Assembly (NCBI GenBank): GCA_963676835.2
Contig: CAXXFF010000002.1
Span: forward strand, 64,001-128,000
DNA length: 64,000 nucleotides
Source of the DNA: Marispirochaeta sp.
GTDB lineage: Bacteria; Spirochaetota; Spirochaetia; JC444; Marispirochaetaceae
Direction of reading: 5' to 3'
The translations under genes and the position numbers were made by a program. Positions 1 to 10,100 of the stretch are shown one piece after another (the stretch's first letter is position 1; each line of letters begins with the position of its first letter). The notes beneath the pieces were generated by a model. The model was not told the origin of the DNA. It was given only the letters and a program-made list of their open reading frames with translations, and ran no database searches.

Positions 1-16
1 AGTATGAATGAGTTTT

Positions 17-2311
17 TCATTTTGACTTCCCCGTTGAGAGCACGGCACTTCTGTAGCGGCCGGGAGAAAGTCCTTCATATTTCTTGAAGACCCGAATGAA
101 GGTCTGCAGATTTGCAAAGCCCGCCATGGAAGCAACCTGATGCACCGGGAGGTCCATCTGCTTTAACAGCTCCCTGGCGGAATCCACCCGTCGGCGGTTC
201 AGATAGTCTACATAGTTGGTGCCGTAGTGCTCTTTGAAAACCCGGCTGACATAGCTGGCACTGAGGCCTACGGCATCACCTATATCAACGAGGGACAGTC
301 CGGGATTGTCCAGGTTTTCATCAATATATGCAGCAATATTCCGGGCACTTCCCCCGGTTTTCTCAAGGCTGCCATGCTTTATTTCCCGGGCAGCCCGGGT
401 ACAGACAGGAATTAGCCAGGCATATATCTCATCCAGGGTTTCCAGATCTGCTAATTCAGCGTAAAGGTCACCGCTGCACTCTGATTCTCCACTGAGATCA
501 AGACCGCAGCTTATTTCCTTGATACGGGCGGCAATACGGTTAAACACCTCCCGCACGGCAAAGGTATCCCGGGAGCTGAAACCGCGGATACGTTCCATGA
601 GGGAGTCAACCACAAAAGGAACATCCTTCTCATTGCCGTTCTCGACACAGTTGATAAGGGTTTTCTCCATCTCCGGCCCGGGAAAGGGAGCCTCCCTGCC
701 GGACTCTTCAAACCGGGAAGACTCAATAACCGTCCCGCCGCCGTCATAAAGCCTGAATCCCAGGGCAGTCCGGGCCTGGTCATATGAAAGGTGTACTTCC
801 TTGAGAGAAGAACAGGGCTGACCGATTCCGCAGGTAACAGAAAAGGTAAAACCCCGTTTTACCATGGCAATTACTTTCCTGGAGAGAGTGAGGACCAGCC
901 GCTCTGTCTCGAAAGAATTATCACTTATATTCAGCAGAAGCCCGATATTCCCACCCTCTCTTTCGGCACAGATGTTTGGAACCCCGGAGGGTACCGCATC
1001 ACCTATCCGTTGGCGCAGAGTGCTTTTCAGCAAGCGCAGAGAAACCTGATCCCGGGAAACAACAATACGCCTGTAGTGATCGATACCGAAAACAAGGACC
1101 ACAAAGCGGGACTGAATAAACTTGATGCCGATAAGATCCAGGGCAGAACTGAAATCAGCCTCACCGTTCAGCTTGTTGGTAAGTAGATGATGCAGAACAT
1201 TTGCCTGCATTATAGGCAGCGCGTTTTCCAACTGCCGGGTGGAACTGTCCAGCATCTGTACCGGAAGATACATCCGCATCGAAATGCGGATAACCACAAT
1301 AAAGATGGAAGCCACCGCCAGCAGGATAATAAAAGAGTTAATAAGCAGCATCCGCCGTTCCAGGGAAAGCAGCTCACCCAATCCCACCTGATAAACAAAA
1401 ACCCAGCGGGTGTGAGCAGCGGAAGCAAAGGCCATAACCCGGCTGCTTCCCCCCTCTTTTCTTACGAAATAACCGGAATCCCGGTTCAGAGCCAGCTGCA
1501 GGACCGGATCATCACCGCTGAAATTTCCTATCCGCCCCGAATCGGGATGATCAAGGATGTATCCGGTATCATTGAGAACATAGGCCTGATGCCCGCCCTC
1601 ATACAGCTGATGGTAGCCTGAAAAGAGCTTTTCCCGGTTGATATTCACCACCAGGCCGGCACTTTTATCCCAGCTTCCCGAAGGGAGATTCCCGATAAGG
1701 CTGATTACCGAAAGTGTCTTGCTGTTACGGTCTTTTACCACCCGGGTCGGCAGGCGCTGTATCCCCAGAAAATGGCTGTTAAAAGCATCAACCCAGCCGG
1801 TATCCGTAAAGGTGGTTATTGAATCCAGACCTCCATTCGACGACAGCACCAGCCCCTCAACAGAACTGTAAAGGTAAATGGAACTGATAAAGTCATAGGA
1901 TGAGACCAGGGAATTCATGGCATCGATAATACGGGTATTACGGTGGTAATTGTCGGGATCCGGATCAATGACAAAGGATATAACATCTTCGTCACTGCCC
2001 ACTACAGCCATCATCTTTTCAACTCCCCGGATACTTTCATCCAGAGAAGCTGAGTAAGAAGCCAGACTCTGGCTCATGCTCAGAAGATAGTTCTGCCGGG
2101 TATAGGAAAAAACCAGATGATTAAGGAGAAAACTGATAATTAGTACCGGAAGAATGGATACAGAAAGAATCCTGATCAGAATCCTGACAAAGCCTGATGA
2201 GGAATTCTGCAGCCCCCCGGTGGGGTTTATGGTGTCACTCACGCAGGAATCAATTATACAAATTTGCGCTTCTTTGTCATCATACTCGCATTTTTTGTCA
2301 TTCCTGTTCAA
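17..2311 (-). CDS. Membrane-anchored AraC-family regulator (TM-Cache-TM, C-terminal AraC HTH); true start probably somewhat inside the ORF
   Basis: Two TM segments flank a Cache-like region; C-terminal LSLVDIGDAVGLSASYVSRVFK...GFANLQTFIRVFKKYEGLSPGRYR AraC motif. Confidence 0.88.
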   Translation of the reverse strand: MNRNDKKCEYDDKEAQICIIDSCVSDTINPTGGLQNSSSGFVRILIRILSVSILPVLIISFLLNHLVFSYTRQNYLLSMSQSLASYSASLDESIRGVEKMMAVVGSDEDVISFVIDPDPDNYHRNTRIIDAMNSLVSSYDFISSIYLYSSVEGLVLSSNGGLDSITTFTDTGWVDAFNSHFLGIQRLPTRVVKDRNSKTLSVISLIGNLPSGSWDKSAGLVVNINREKLFSGYHQLYEGGHQAYVLNDTGYILDHPDSGRIGNFSGDDPVLQLALNRDSGYFVRKEGGSSRVMAFASAAHTRWVFVYQVGLGELLSLERRMLLINSFIILLAVASIFIVVIRISMRMYLPVQMLDSSTRQLENALPIMQANVLHHLLTNKLNGEADFSSALDLIGIKFIQSRFVVLVFGIDHYRRIVVSRDQVSLRLLKSTLRQRIGDAVPSGVPNICAEREGGNIGLLLNISDNSFETERLVLTLSRKVIAMVKRGFTFSVTCGIGQPCSSLKEVHLSYDQARTALGFRLYDGGGTVIESSRFEESGREAPFPGPEMEKTLINCVENGNEKDVPFVVDSLMERIRGFSSRDTFAVREVFNRIAARIKEISCGLDLSGESECSGDLYAELADLETLDEIYAWLIPVCTRAAREIKHGSLEKTGGSARNIAAYIDENLDNPGLSLVDIGDAVGLSASYVSRVFKEHYGTNYVDYLNRRRVDSARELLKQMDLPVHQVASMAGFANLQTFIRVFKKYEGLSPGRYRSAVLSTGKSK

Positions 2312-2453
2312 AAACTATTAATTTTTTAACATTTGAGAGTAATATTTTATCGTTACAAAAGTGTCGATTTACAGATCTTCAAAGCGCCTCCAATAATCAT
2401 GGTACGACTGCTGATTACTCAGCGGCCAAATTCCTACAGGAGGTTTCACTCTA

Positions 2454-3440
2454 ATGAAACGAGCTCTGATTGTACTCTCTATCATCAGCCTGCTGTTCTC
2501 CGGCCTTTTCGCCGAAGGAAAGCAGGAAGCAGCCGACAGCTATACTCTTCGGCTTTCTCACGTACTCCCCACAGACCACCAGAACCACAAAACTGCACTT
2601 AAGTTTGCAGAACTGGTCAGCGAAAAAACCGGCGGCAAAGTAACCATCGAGGTTTTCCCTGCAGCACAGCTTGGTAACGAAAAAGAGATCATCGACGCGG
2701 TAGCCATGGGTACCCTCGATTTCGCACTCTGCGGTTTCGGCGAAGTAACCAAGCGTTACCCCGTTTCCGGAATCTTCGATGCACCCTTCGTATTCCGCAA
2801 CCGCGAGCACCTTGCTCAGGTGTACAAGACCGATGTTTTCTGGAACATCATGGAAGACATGAAGAAGGTAAACATTGAAATGATTGCTCCCGGCTACTAC
2901 GGTACCCGTCACGTAACCACCACCGACACCCCTGCAAAAACTCCTGCTGACCTGAACGGCCTCAAGCTGCGCTGCCCCGATCAGCCCATGTTCGTTGCAA
3001 CTACCAAGGCAATGGGTGCAACTCCCACTCCCATGGCTTTCTCTGAAGTTTACCTTGCCCTTCAGCAGGGTGTAGCAGACGGACAGGAAAACCCTGCAGC
3101 TGCTATTACTTCAATGAAGTTCTACGAAGTTCAGAAGTACCTGGTTAAGACCGGTCACATCATCTACGGAAACCACATTTTCGGAAGCACCAGAACTCTG
3201 GATAAACTTCCCGCGGACCTCCGCGCTGCAGTTGAAGAAGCAGGAAAGGAAGTATCCGAGTACTGGATCAACGCATCCTTCTCTGATGAAGACGCTCTTC
3301 TCAACGGACTTGTTGAAAAAGGCATGACTATCATCGAGCCGGACCTTGATGCTTTCGTTAAGAACGCACAGTTCATCTACGATGATAACGAAGCTACCTG
3401 GGGCGAGGGTCTCCTCGAAACCCTCCGGGCAGTAAAATAA
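2454..3440 (+). CDS. dctP: TRAP transporter substrate-binding protein
   Basis: Signal peptide; FPAAQLGNE, GLKLRCP and EVYLALQQGVADGQEN motifs; AGGAGG RBS. Confidence 0.95.
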   Translation: MKRALIVLSIISLLFSGLFAEGKQEAADSYTLRLSHVLPTDHQNHKTALKFAELVSEKTGGKVTIEVFPAAQLGNEKEIIDAVAMGTLDFALCGFGEVTKRYPVSGIFDAPFVFRNREHLAQVYKTDVFWNIMEDMKKVNIEMIAPGYYGTRHVTTTDTPAKTPADLNGLKLRCPDQPMFVATTKAMGATPTPMAFSEVYLALQQGVADGQENPAAAITSMKFYEVQKYLVKTGHIIYGNHIFGSTRTLDKLPADLRAAVEEAGKEVSEYWINASFSDEDALLNGLVEKGMTIIEPDLDAFVKNAQFIYDDNEATWGEGLLETLRAVK

Positions 3441-3473
3441 TCTACCCGGGATATTAATTCTCGAGCAGAAGAG

Positions 3474-3497
3474 AGGCTGTCCTTTACGGGACAGCCT
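3474..3497 (+). terminator. Stem-loop after dctP (partial terminator or mRNA stabiliser)
   Basis: AGGCTGTCC-tttacg-GGACAGCCT; no strong U-tract. Confidence 0.55.
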
Positions 3498-3527
3498 TAT
3501 CTGCTGCCAAACTTTTGGGAGTTTTTC

Positions 3528-4073
3528 ATGAAAAGCAAGACCCTAAACATCCTTGCGCGGATTGACACCATTTTCCTCATAACCTGTCTTGCGGTTATGG
3601 GAACTGTACTGTTTGCCCAGGTTGTTACCCGTTATCTCTTTCAGTCACCGTTAATCTGGAGTGAAGAAGCTGCACGCTATCTGCATGTCTGGATTGCTCT
3701 TTTCGGTATCCATTACGGATTCAGGAACAGTGCCCACATCCGTGTTACGTTTTTCTACGACCGCATGCCTGCCAGGGTAAAGTCGGTAGTTGCACTGCTT
3801 TCCAATCTGATTATCCTTATAACCCTGATTGTATATCTGCCGGGTTCAATTATTTTTATCCAGGACCAGGCCCTAATCGTCTCATCTGCAATGGGCGTGA
3901 ATATGGGACTCGTATACTTCCCCTCATTCTTTGGTCCCCTCGTTGCTATGCTTTACTTTCTTTTTCAGACTGTCAAATCCGCAATCTACCTGATAAAGGG
4001 TATTCCCGCAGATTCGTCAGCAACCGAAACAACGACAGCAGCCATCTCTTCAAAAGGTGATAATACGTTATGA
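3528..4073 (+). CDS. dctQ: TRAP transporter small permease
   Basis: 4 TM; WSEEAARY and HIRVTFF motifs; follows dctP. Confidence 0.93.
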   Translation: MKSKTLNILARIDTIFLITCLAVMGTVLFAQVVTRYLFQSPLIWSEEAARYLHVWIALFGIHYGFRNSAHIRVTFFYDRMPARVKSVVALLSNLIILITLIVYLPGSIIFIQDQALIVSSAMGVNMGLVYFPSFFGPLVAMLYFLFQTVKSAIYLIKGIPADSSATETTTAAISSKGDNTL

Positions 4074-5338
4074 TAATCCTGTTCAGCATTTTCTTCCTGC
4101 TGCTCATTGCAGGAGTGCCAGTCGCTTTCTGTCTGTTTTCAAGCTCAGTTATCTACATGCTTATGCATGATCTGCCCATTCAGATGGCGGCAGCCAAGCT
4201 TGTTGCAGGACCCGACTCCTTTCCCCTTCTGGCCATAGCTTTCTTTGTTCTGGCCGGAGCGATTATGAACTCTGCGGGTATAACCAAAAGAATCTTTGCC
4301 TTTGCGGAACACCTGGTCGGACACCTTACCGGTGGACTGGGACACGCTAACGTACTGGCATCGATCATTTTCTCAGGGATGTCCGGTTCTGCCGCAGCAG
4401 ACGTTGGAGGCCTCGGAGCAATCGAGCTTCAGGCAATGAAAGAGGCCGGCTACGATGAAGATTTCAGTCTGGCCGTAACCGGGGGGTCATCCATCATCGG
4501 TCCGATTATTCCCCCCAGTATTCCGGCGGTAGTATTCGGTGTTGCTTCCGGTGTTTCCATCGGCCGTCTTTTTGTAGGCGGCATTGTGCCGGGATTTCTC
4601 ATGGCCATTGCCATGTCCATTCTTATCTACTTTCAGTGCCGCAAGCGGGGATATGAAAAGAAAAAGATGGCCGGAATCAAGGTCATTGCCTCCTCTTTCG
4701 TGGAATCTTTCTTTCCCCTTATGACACCGGTAATCATCATGGGCGGAATCATGGGTGGAGTGTTTACCCCCACAGAAGCGGCAATTATCGCAGTTTTCTA
4801 TGCCCTGATCCTCGGATTTGCCTACAAATCAATAACCGTAAAGGATCTGCCCCGCTTCCTTATTGAAACCCTGAATACCACCATCGGAATTCTCTTCATT
4901 ATTGCTTCGGCAACTCTTTTTGCCTGGGTACTGACCATTTCCCAGTTTCCCCAGCACTTTGCTGAGACCTTCATGGGCCTGGTGAGCAACAAGTACATTG
5001 CCCTCTTTCTGCTGAACCTTTTTCTGCTGGTTGTCGGCTGTTTTATGGAAACAACTCCGGCTCAGATGATCCTTGTACCAATCCTTCTGCCGATCTTTGT
5101 TTCTTTCGGTGTAGACCCGGTACACTTCGGTATTATCATGATCCTGAACCTTATGATCGGACTGATGACCCCTCCTCTGGGACTGGTCCTCTATGTTCTT
5201 TCTTCGGTTTCAAAGGTGTCCATCGAACAGCTTTCAAAGACCGTTCTGCCCTATGTTGTGGTAATTGGGATTGTTCTTCTGTTCGTAACCTATATCCCGG
5301 CCCTTGTACTGACCCTGCCAAATCTGATATACGGTTAA
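4070..5338 (+). CDS. dctM: TRAP transporter large permease
   Basis: SGMSGSAAAD, IGPIIPPSIP, FTPTEAA and DPVHFGII motifs. Confidence 0.96.
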   Translation: MIILFSIFFLLLIAGVPVAFCLFSSSVIYMLMHDLPIQMAAAKLVAGPDSFPLLAIAFFVLAGAIMNSAGITKRIFAFAEHLVGHLTGGLGHANVLASIIFSGMSGSAAADVGGLGAIELQAMKEAGYDEDFSLAVTGGSSIIGPIIPPSIPAVVFGVASGVSIGRLFVGGIVPGFLMAIAMSILIYFQCRKRGYEKKKMAGIKVIASSFVESFFPLMTPVIIMGGIMGGVFTPTEAAIIAVFYALILGFAYKSITVKDLPRFLIETLNTTIGILFIIASATLFAWVLTISQFPQHFAETFMGLVSNKYIALFLLNLFLLVVGCFMETTPAQMILVPILLPIFVSFGVDPVHFGIIMILNLMIGLMTPPLGLVLYVLSSVSKVSIEQLSKTVLPYVVVIGIVLLFVTYIPALVLTLPNLIYG

Positions 5339-5375
5339 TATATTACGTACTACATACTGTTCAAGGAGTAGATGG

Positions 5376-6398
5376 ATGTTACAGACTGTTCTTCCAGAAG
5401 CCTATACTATTGAATACCGGGATGTTCCGGTTCCAGAAGTCGGTCCCGATGAGGTTCTGATTAAAATCAAACGATTCGGAATCTGCGGTTCGGATATTCA
5501 GATTTATCACGGTCTCCATAAATACATGACTTTTCCTGTTGTCCAGGGCCATGAAGCCTCAGGCACAATTGAAAAGGTCGGCGACAAGGTGACCGAATTC
5601 AAACCCGGCCAGAATGTTACCGTTCAGCCCCAGATCTTCTGCGGAACCTGTCAGCCCTGCAAAATGGGTCATGAGAATGTGTGCCAGAACCTGAAGGTTT
5701 ATGGCGTACATGTGGACGGAATGGCTCAGGACTATTTCGCCGTATCTGCAGAAAAGGTCATTCCCCTTCCAGACGGGTTCTCCTTCGACGACGGCGCCCT
5801 TATTGAGCCGATTGCGGTAGCAGTAGGTGCAATTAGACGCTGTGGCGATGTGTCCGGAAAGAATGTCTGCGTTCTCGGAGCAGGACCCATAGGTAACTTT
5901 GTTGCCCAGGTAGCCCAGGCCAAAGGCGCCAATGTAATGCTGACCGACATTAACGATAAAAAACTGAATCTGGCCAAATCAATGGGCGTAGAAAAGAGCA
6001 TCAATACTTCAGAGAAAACCCTGAAGGAAGCTATCGCTGATGTATTCGGAGTCAAGGGTGCGGACTTTATTATCGACTGTGCCGGTGCCCCTTTCAGCCT
6101 TACTTCTGCAATTCAGAGTGCCCGTCCTGCTTCTACAGTGGTAATCGTTGCCAACTTCAAGGTTCCTGTAGAAATTGAGATTCCCCTTATTCAGCGCCAG
6201 CAGATCAATGTGCTGGGTGTAATGATGTATGTGAAGGAAGATTTCTTTACCTCCGTCGACCTTGTACAGAAGGGACTGGTTAAAACCGAAGGCATCCTGA
6301 CAAAATACTACGATATTCATGAGCTTAAAGAAGCCTATGAGTTTATCGATGAAAACCGTCTTGATGTCATGAAGGTTATGATGACCTTTCCGGAATAG
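5376..6398 (+). CDS. Zinc-binding (MDR) sugar/sugar-acid dehydrogenase
   Basis: GICGSD, GHE, CxxCxxCx7C and GAGPIG motifs. Confidence 0.92.
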   Translation: MLQTVLPEAYTIEYRDVPVPEVGPDEVLIKIKRFGICGSDIQIYHGLHKYMTFPVVQGHEASGTIEKVGDKVTEFKPGQNVTVQPQIFCGTCQPCKMGHENVCQNLKVYGVHVDGMAQDYFAVSAEKVIPLPDGFSFDDGALIEPIAVAVGAIRRCGDVSGKNVCVLGAGPIGNFVAQVAQAKGANVMLTDINDKKLNLAKSMGVEKSINTSEKTLKEAIADVFGVKGADFIIDCAGAPFSLTSAIQSARPASTVVIVANFKVPVEIEIPLIQRQQINVLGVMMYVKEDFFTSVDLVQKGLVKTEGILTKYYDIHELKEAYEFIDENRLDVMKVMMTFPE

Positions 6399-6421
6399 TC
6401 AGTAACTGATTATTCACTTAC

Positions 6422-6453
6422 AACTCCGGCTTTTCTGGCCGGAGTTTTTTTTT
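6422..6453 (+). terminator. Rho-independent terminator of the TRAP operon
   Basis: AACTCCGGC-ttttctg-GCCGGAGTT followed by a T run. Confidence 0.88.
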
Positions 6454-6504
6454 GCTTATATATTAGCTTGCTTCCCTGTTCATTGCAGGCGTATATTTTC
6501 ACCC

Positions 6505-7377
6505 ATGGCATCAATCGTAAAAGTTGACAATCTGCGTAAACAATACGGAAGTCTTACTGCCGTTAACGGATTGTCATTTGAAATACCTGAAGGTGTTTGC
6601 TTCGGGCTGCTCGGCCCCAATGGAGCCGGAAAGACAACCACCATCGAGATGATGGAAGGCATCCTCAAGCCTACGGCGGGAACTATACTGTTCAGGGATG
6701 AACCCATCGGGGCTAACTTCCACGAAAAAGTGGGCATTCAGTTTCAGCATACCGCCCTGCAGGAGTTCATCACCGTTGAAGAGACAATAAAGCTCTTCTC
6801 AGCTCTCTACACCCGCCAGCGGGATCTGGATGAGATTATCGAAATCTGCAATCTGAAGGATATCCTCAAGCAGGATAACCGTAAGCTCTCAGGGGGACAG
6901 AGGCAGCGCCTCCTGCTTGCTCTGGCAATCGTCAACGATCCCGAACTTGTCTTTCTGGATGAACCGACTACAGGGCTGGACCCCCAGGCACGCCGCAATT
7001 TCTGGGCCCTTATCGAAAAAATAAAGGGCGAAGGAAAAACGGTCATTCTTACAACCCATTACATGGATGAAGCGGAAGAACTCTGCGATGACATCGCCAT
7101 AATGGATCAGGGTAAAATTATTGCCCGCAATTCTCCGTCTAAACTGCTGGCGGCGAACTTCACCGGGGTGATCGTAAAACTCCCCTGGAGAGAAGGACTG
7201 AACCTGCCCGAAGATGCCCGCCGGGTTAACGATCATGTGGAGATACACTCCGACGACGTGGATGCTACCCTGCACCACCTTATCCACGGTGGAGTTCACC
7301 TGGAAGGGCTCTCCATTCATGCCCCGGACCTGGAAGATCTATTCCTGAAGCTTACCGGCAGTTCCCTGAGAACCTGA
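6505..7377 (+). CDS. ABC exporter ATP-binding subunit
   Basis: GPNGAGKTT, LSGGQRQR and FLDEPTTGLD motifs. Confidence 0.95.
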   Translation: MASIVKVDNLRKQYGSLTAVNGLSFEIPEGVCFGLLGPNGAGKTTTIEMMEGILKPTAGTILFRDEPIGANFHEKVGIQFQHTALQEFITVEETIKLFSALYTRQRDLDEIIEICNLKDILKQDNRKLSGGQRQRLLLALAIVNDPELVFLDEPTTGLDPQARRNFWALIEKIKGEGKTVILTTHYMDEAEELCDDIAIMDQGKIIARNSPSKLLAANFTGVIVKLPWREGLNLPEDARRVNDHVEIHSDDVDATLHHLIHGGVHLEGLSIHAPDLEDLFLKLTGSSLRT

Positions 7378-7415
7378 AGCGAAAAGGCAATGAGACACAA
7401 AAGGAGAAACCTGTA

Positions 7416-8408
7416 ATGAGAAAATTTCTTGCCCTGCTCCACGCCAGAAACATGGAGTTTCTTCGGGACCGGGGTACCCTGTTCTGGAACCTGATTTTTC
7501 CCCTGTTTCTGGTTTTCGGCTTTGCCTTTGCCTTTTCCGGCGGGGACGAAGAACTCTTCAAGGCGGGCATTATCGGTAAAGACAGCAGCAGCACGGCCTT
7601 TCTGAAGGATCCCGTGGTCACACCCGTCACCTATGACTCCGTTGACGAAGCAGTTTCCAGGCTCAGGCATCACCAGCTTGATTTTGTCGTTGATTTTACA
7701 AGCGGCAGCTATTACATAAACGAGGAATCCGCCAAAGGACGTATAGCAGAGAAACTGCTTACAACGGACGGCACCACCGGCTTAAGCAGGGAAACCGTCA
7801 GCGGCCGGCCTATTCGCTATGTTGACTGGCTGGTCCCCGGGGTTATCGGCATGAACATGATGTTTTCCTGTATCTTCGGGGTAGGCTGGATCATTGTCCG
7901 CTACCGCAAAAACGGTGTACTCAAGCGGCTTAAAGCCACACCGGTAAAAGCCATTCAGTTTATCTCCGCCCAGATGGTATCCCGGCTGTACATTGTTCTC
8001 GGCACCGCCGCCTTCGTCTATATCGGCAGTAATGCAGCCCTCCACTTTATGATGCTCGGTTCCTACATCAACCTGATTCTGGTCACCATTGCGGCCACCC
8101 TCTGCATGATCAGCTTCGGACTTATTTTTGCCTCCCGGCTTAAAAGCGAGGAGCTTGCCAACGGCCTGATGAACCTTACAACCTGGCCGATGATGATCTT
8201 TTCCGGGGTATTCTTTTCCCTGGAGGGAACACCGGAAATTCTGCAGAAATTCTCCCTGGCACTGCCCCTGACTCACTATATAAAAGCCTCCCGGGCAATA
8301 ATGCTGGATGGAGCAGGCCTGCTGCAGGTTCTGCCCAACATTACGGTACTGCTGGCGCTTACCGCGGTTTTTCTGCTTATAAGCTCCATCAGCTTTAAAT
8401 GGGAATAG
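7416..8408 (+). CDS. ABC-2 type permease
   Basis: YVDWLVPG, GVLKRLKATP and SGVFFS..LPLTH motifs; next to the ATPase. Confidence 0.92.
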   Translation: MRKFLALLHARNMEFLRDRGTLFWNLIFPLFLVFGFAFAFSGGDEELFKAGIIGKDSSSTAFLKDPVVTPVTYDSVDEAVSRLRHHQLDFVVDFTSGSYYINEESAKGRIAEKLLTTDGTTGLSRETVSGRPIRYVDWLVPGVIGMNMMFSCIFGVGWIIVRYRKNGVLKRLKATPVKAIQFISAQMVSRLYIVLGTAAFVYIGSNAALHFMMLGSYINLILVTIAATLCMISFGLIFASRLKSEELANGLMNLTTWPMMIFSGVFFSLEGTPEILQKFSLALPLTHYIKASRAIMLDGAGLLQVLPNITVLLALTAVFLLISSISFKWE

Positions 8409-8463
8409 CCCCGGGTTGAGATAAGTATCCCCGGGGTACGTTCTTCCTGTTATACTTAAAGTT

Positions 8464-9600
8464 ATGGAAACAATACTCATTAAAAACGGCCGGATCTTTG
8501 ATGCGGCAGCGGGAACGTTTACCGCAGGCTCAGTTGCCGTGGCTGGCGGTAAAATTGCTGATCCCGAAAAAGTCTCCTCCCCGGATATCACCATTGACGG
8601 AACGGGTTGCATTGTCACCCCCGGGCTCATTGATGCCCATCTTCATATAAGCAGTCACGGAGGCGTACCCGTCGACCTTGCCTGTATTCCCAATGGTGTA
8701 ACCACTGCGCTTGACGGCGGCAGCTGTGGAGAAAGCAACTACCAGATTTTTCATTCACAGATAGCAGCCCCTTCATTAACAAGGGTTTATAGTGCCCTGA
8801 ATATGTCTTCCACCGGCCTCGGCACCTCTCAAGCACCGGAGAACCTTAATCCTGCCGGTTTTGCACCGGATCGGATAAAAGAGTGCTTTGTAACCTACCC
8901 CGACGAACTGATCTCCCTGAAAATACGGCTCTCAAAAGGTATTATTCCGGACAACGACACTTCCGCCCTGGAGGCGGCCCTGAACCTGGCAGACGAAATA
9001 GGCTGCAGCCTGACTGCTCACATAACCAATCCGGCTATCCCCCTGGAAACAGTAGCCTCCATGCTGCGGAAGGGCGATATCTTTTGTCACTGTTTTCAGG
9101 GAACCGGAGAAACCATATTGTCCGATAGAGGTGAGGTAAAACCTGCAATTATTGAAGCACGGGAACGGGGAGTTCTTTTTGATGCCTGCCACGGAATGGT
9201 GAACTTTGACAATAATGTAGCGGCAACGGCAATCCGCCAGGGCTTCTATCCGGACATTATCAGTACTGACTACAGCCCGAAAACCTTCTACCGCCCGCCG
9301 GTGGTTTCACTCCCAAGGCTTGTCTCCAAGTTTACCGCTCTTGGAATGAGCCTGGAAGAAACCCTGAAACGGGTAACCCTCAACCCGGCAAGAATGTTGG
9401 GAGCTGCTTCAGAACTGGGAGACCTGAGTCCTGAAAGCACTGCGGATATTGCGATTTTCAAGATTGAAGAAACAGCGCAGAAGTTTCCGGATTTCCAGGG
9501 GAATCCCCTTGAGGGGAATATTCAGCTTTCTCCAAAATGCACTATCAGAGAGGGCAAAATTCTCTATACCTCAGCAGATTTGGATATGACAACAGTATAG
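8464..9600 (+). CDS. Amidohydrolase-superfamily metallohydrolase (dihydroorotase/deacetylase-like)
   Basis: PGLIDAHLH, GDIFCHCF, DIISTD and NPARMLG motifs. Confidence 0.88.
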   Translation: METILIKNGRIFDAAAGTFTAGSVAVAGGKIADPEKVSSPDITIDGTGCIVTPGLIDAHLHISSHGGVPVDLACIPNGVTTALDGGSCGESNYQIFHSQIAAPSLTRVYSALNMSSTGLGTSQAPENLNPAGFAPDRIKECFVTYPDELISLKIRLSKGIIPDNDTSALEAALNLADEIGCSLTAHITNPAIPLETVASMLRKGDIFCHCFQGTGETILSDRGEVKPAIIEARERGVLFDACHGMVNFDNNVAATAIRQGFYPDIISTDYSPKTFYRPPVVSLPRLVSKFTALGMSLEETLKRVTLNPARMLGAASELGDLSPESTADIAIFKIEETAQKFPDFQGNPLEGNIQLSPKCTIREGKILYTSADLDMTTV

Positions 9601-9713
9601 CCCCGGAAATAATATTCATGCCTCTTATCTCCACATGTATCCATCTCTTGTAAAATCTGAATACGGTCATCATTGACAGGTGTAAAAGACCGCAATATAG
9701 TACAAGAATAGTT

Positions 9714-10100
9714 ATGAAAAAAGTTTCCATTCTCTACATTGATGATGAACGAATCAATCTCCTTGCATTTGAAGCCCTCTTCCGGCGCAACTACACGGTC
9801 CACTGTGCCGCCAGTGCTGAAGAAGGATTTACCTGCCTTACTCATAACACCATAGACTATATTTTCTGCGATCAGCAAATGCCCGAAATGTGCGGAACCG
9901 AATTCTTCCGCAAGGTAAAAAGTAAATTCCCGGAGATCCATTGCTGTATTCTTTCCGGCTACATTCAGGACCAAAGTATTAAAGCAGTGGAACAGGAAGG
10001 GATTATCGATAAAGCCTTCGAAAAACCCTTTAATCCGGGCATATTGGAAAAATACATAAACAAAACCTGTAAAAATGAAGCGGAATATCTGCGGAAATAA
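9714..10100 (+). CDS. Single-domain response regulator
   Basis: ILYIDDE, CDQQMPEMCG and EKPF receiver motifs. Confidence 0.88.
   Translation: MKKVSILYIDDERINLLAFEALFRRNYTVHCAASAEEGFTCLTHNTIDYIFCDQQMPEMCGTEFFRKVKSKFPEIHCCILSGYIQDQSIKAVEQEGIIDKAFEKPFNPGILEKYINKTCKNEAEYLRK

Noticed and set aside
7782..8630. 282-aa minus-strand ORF
   Set aside because: Antisense shadow of the ABC permease and amidohydrolase genes; no motifs.
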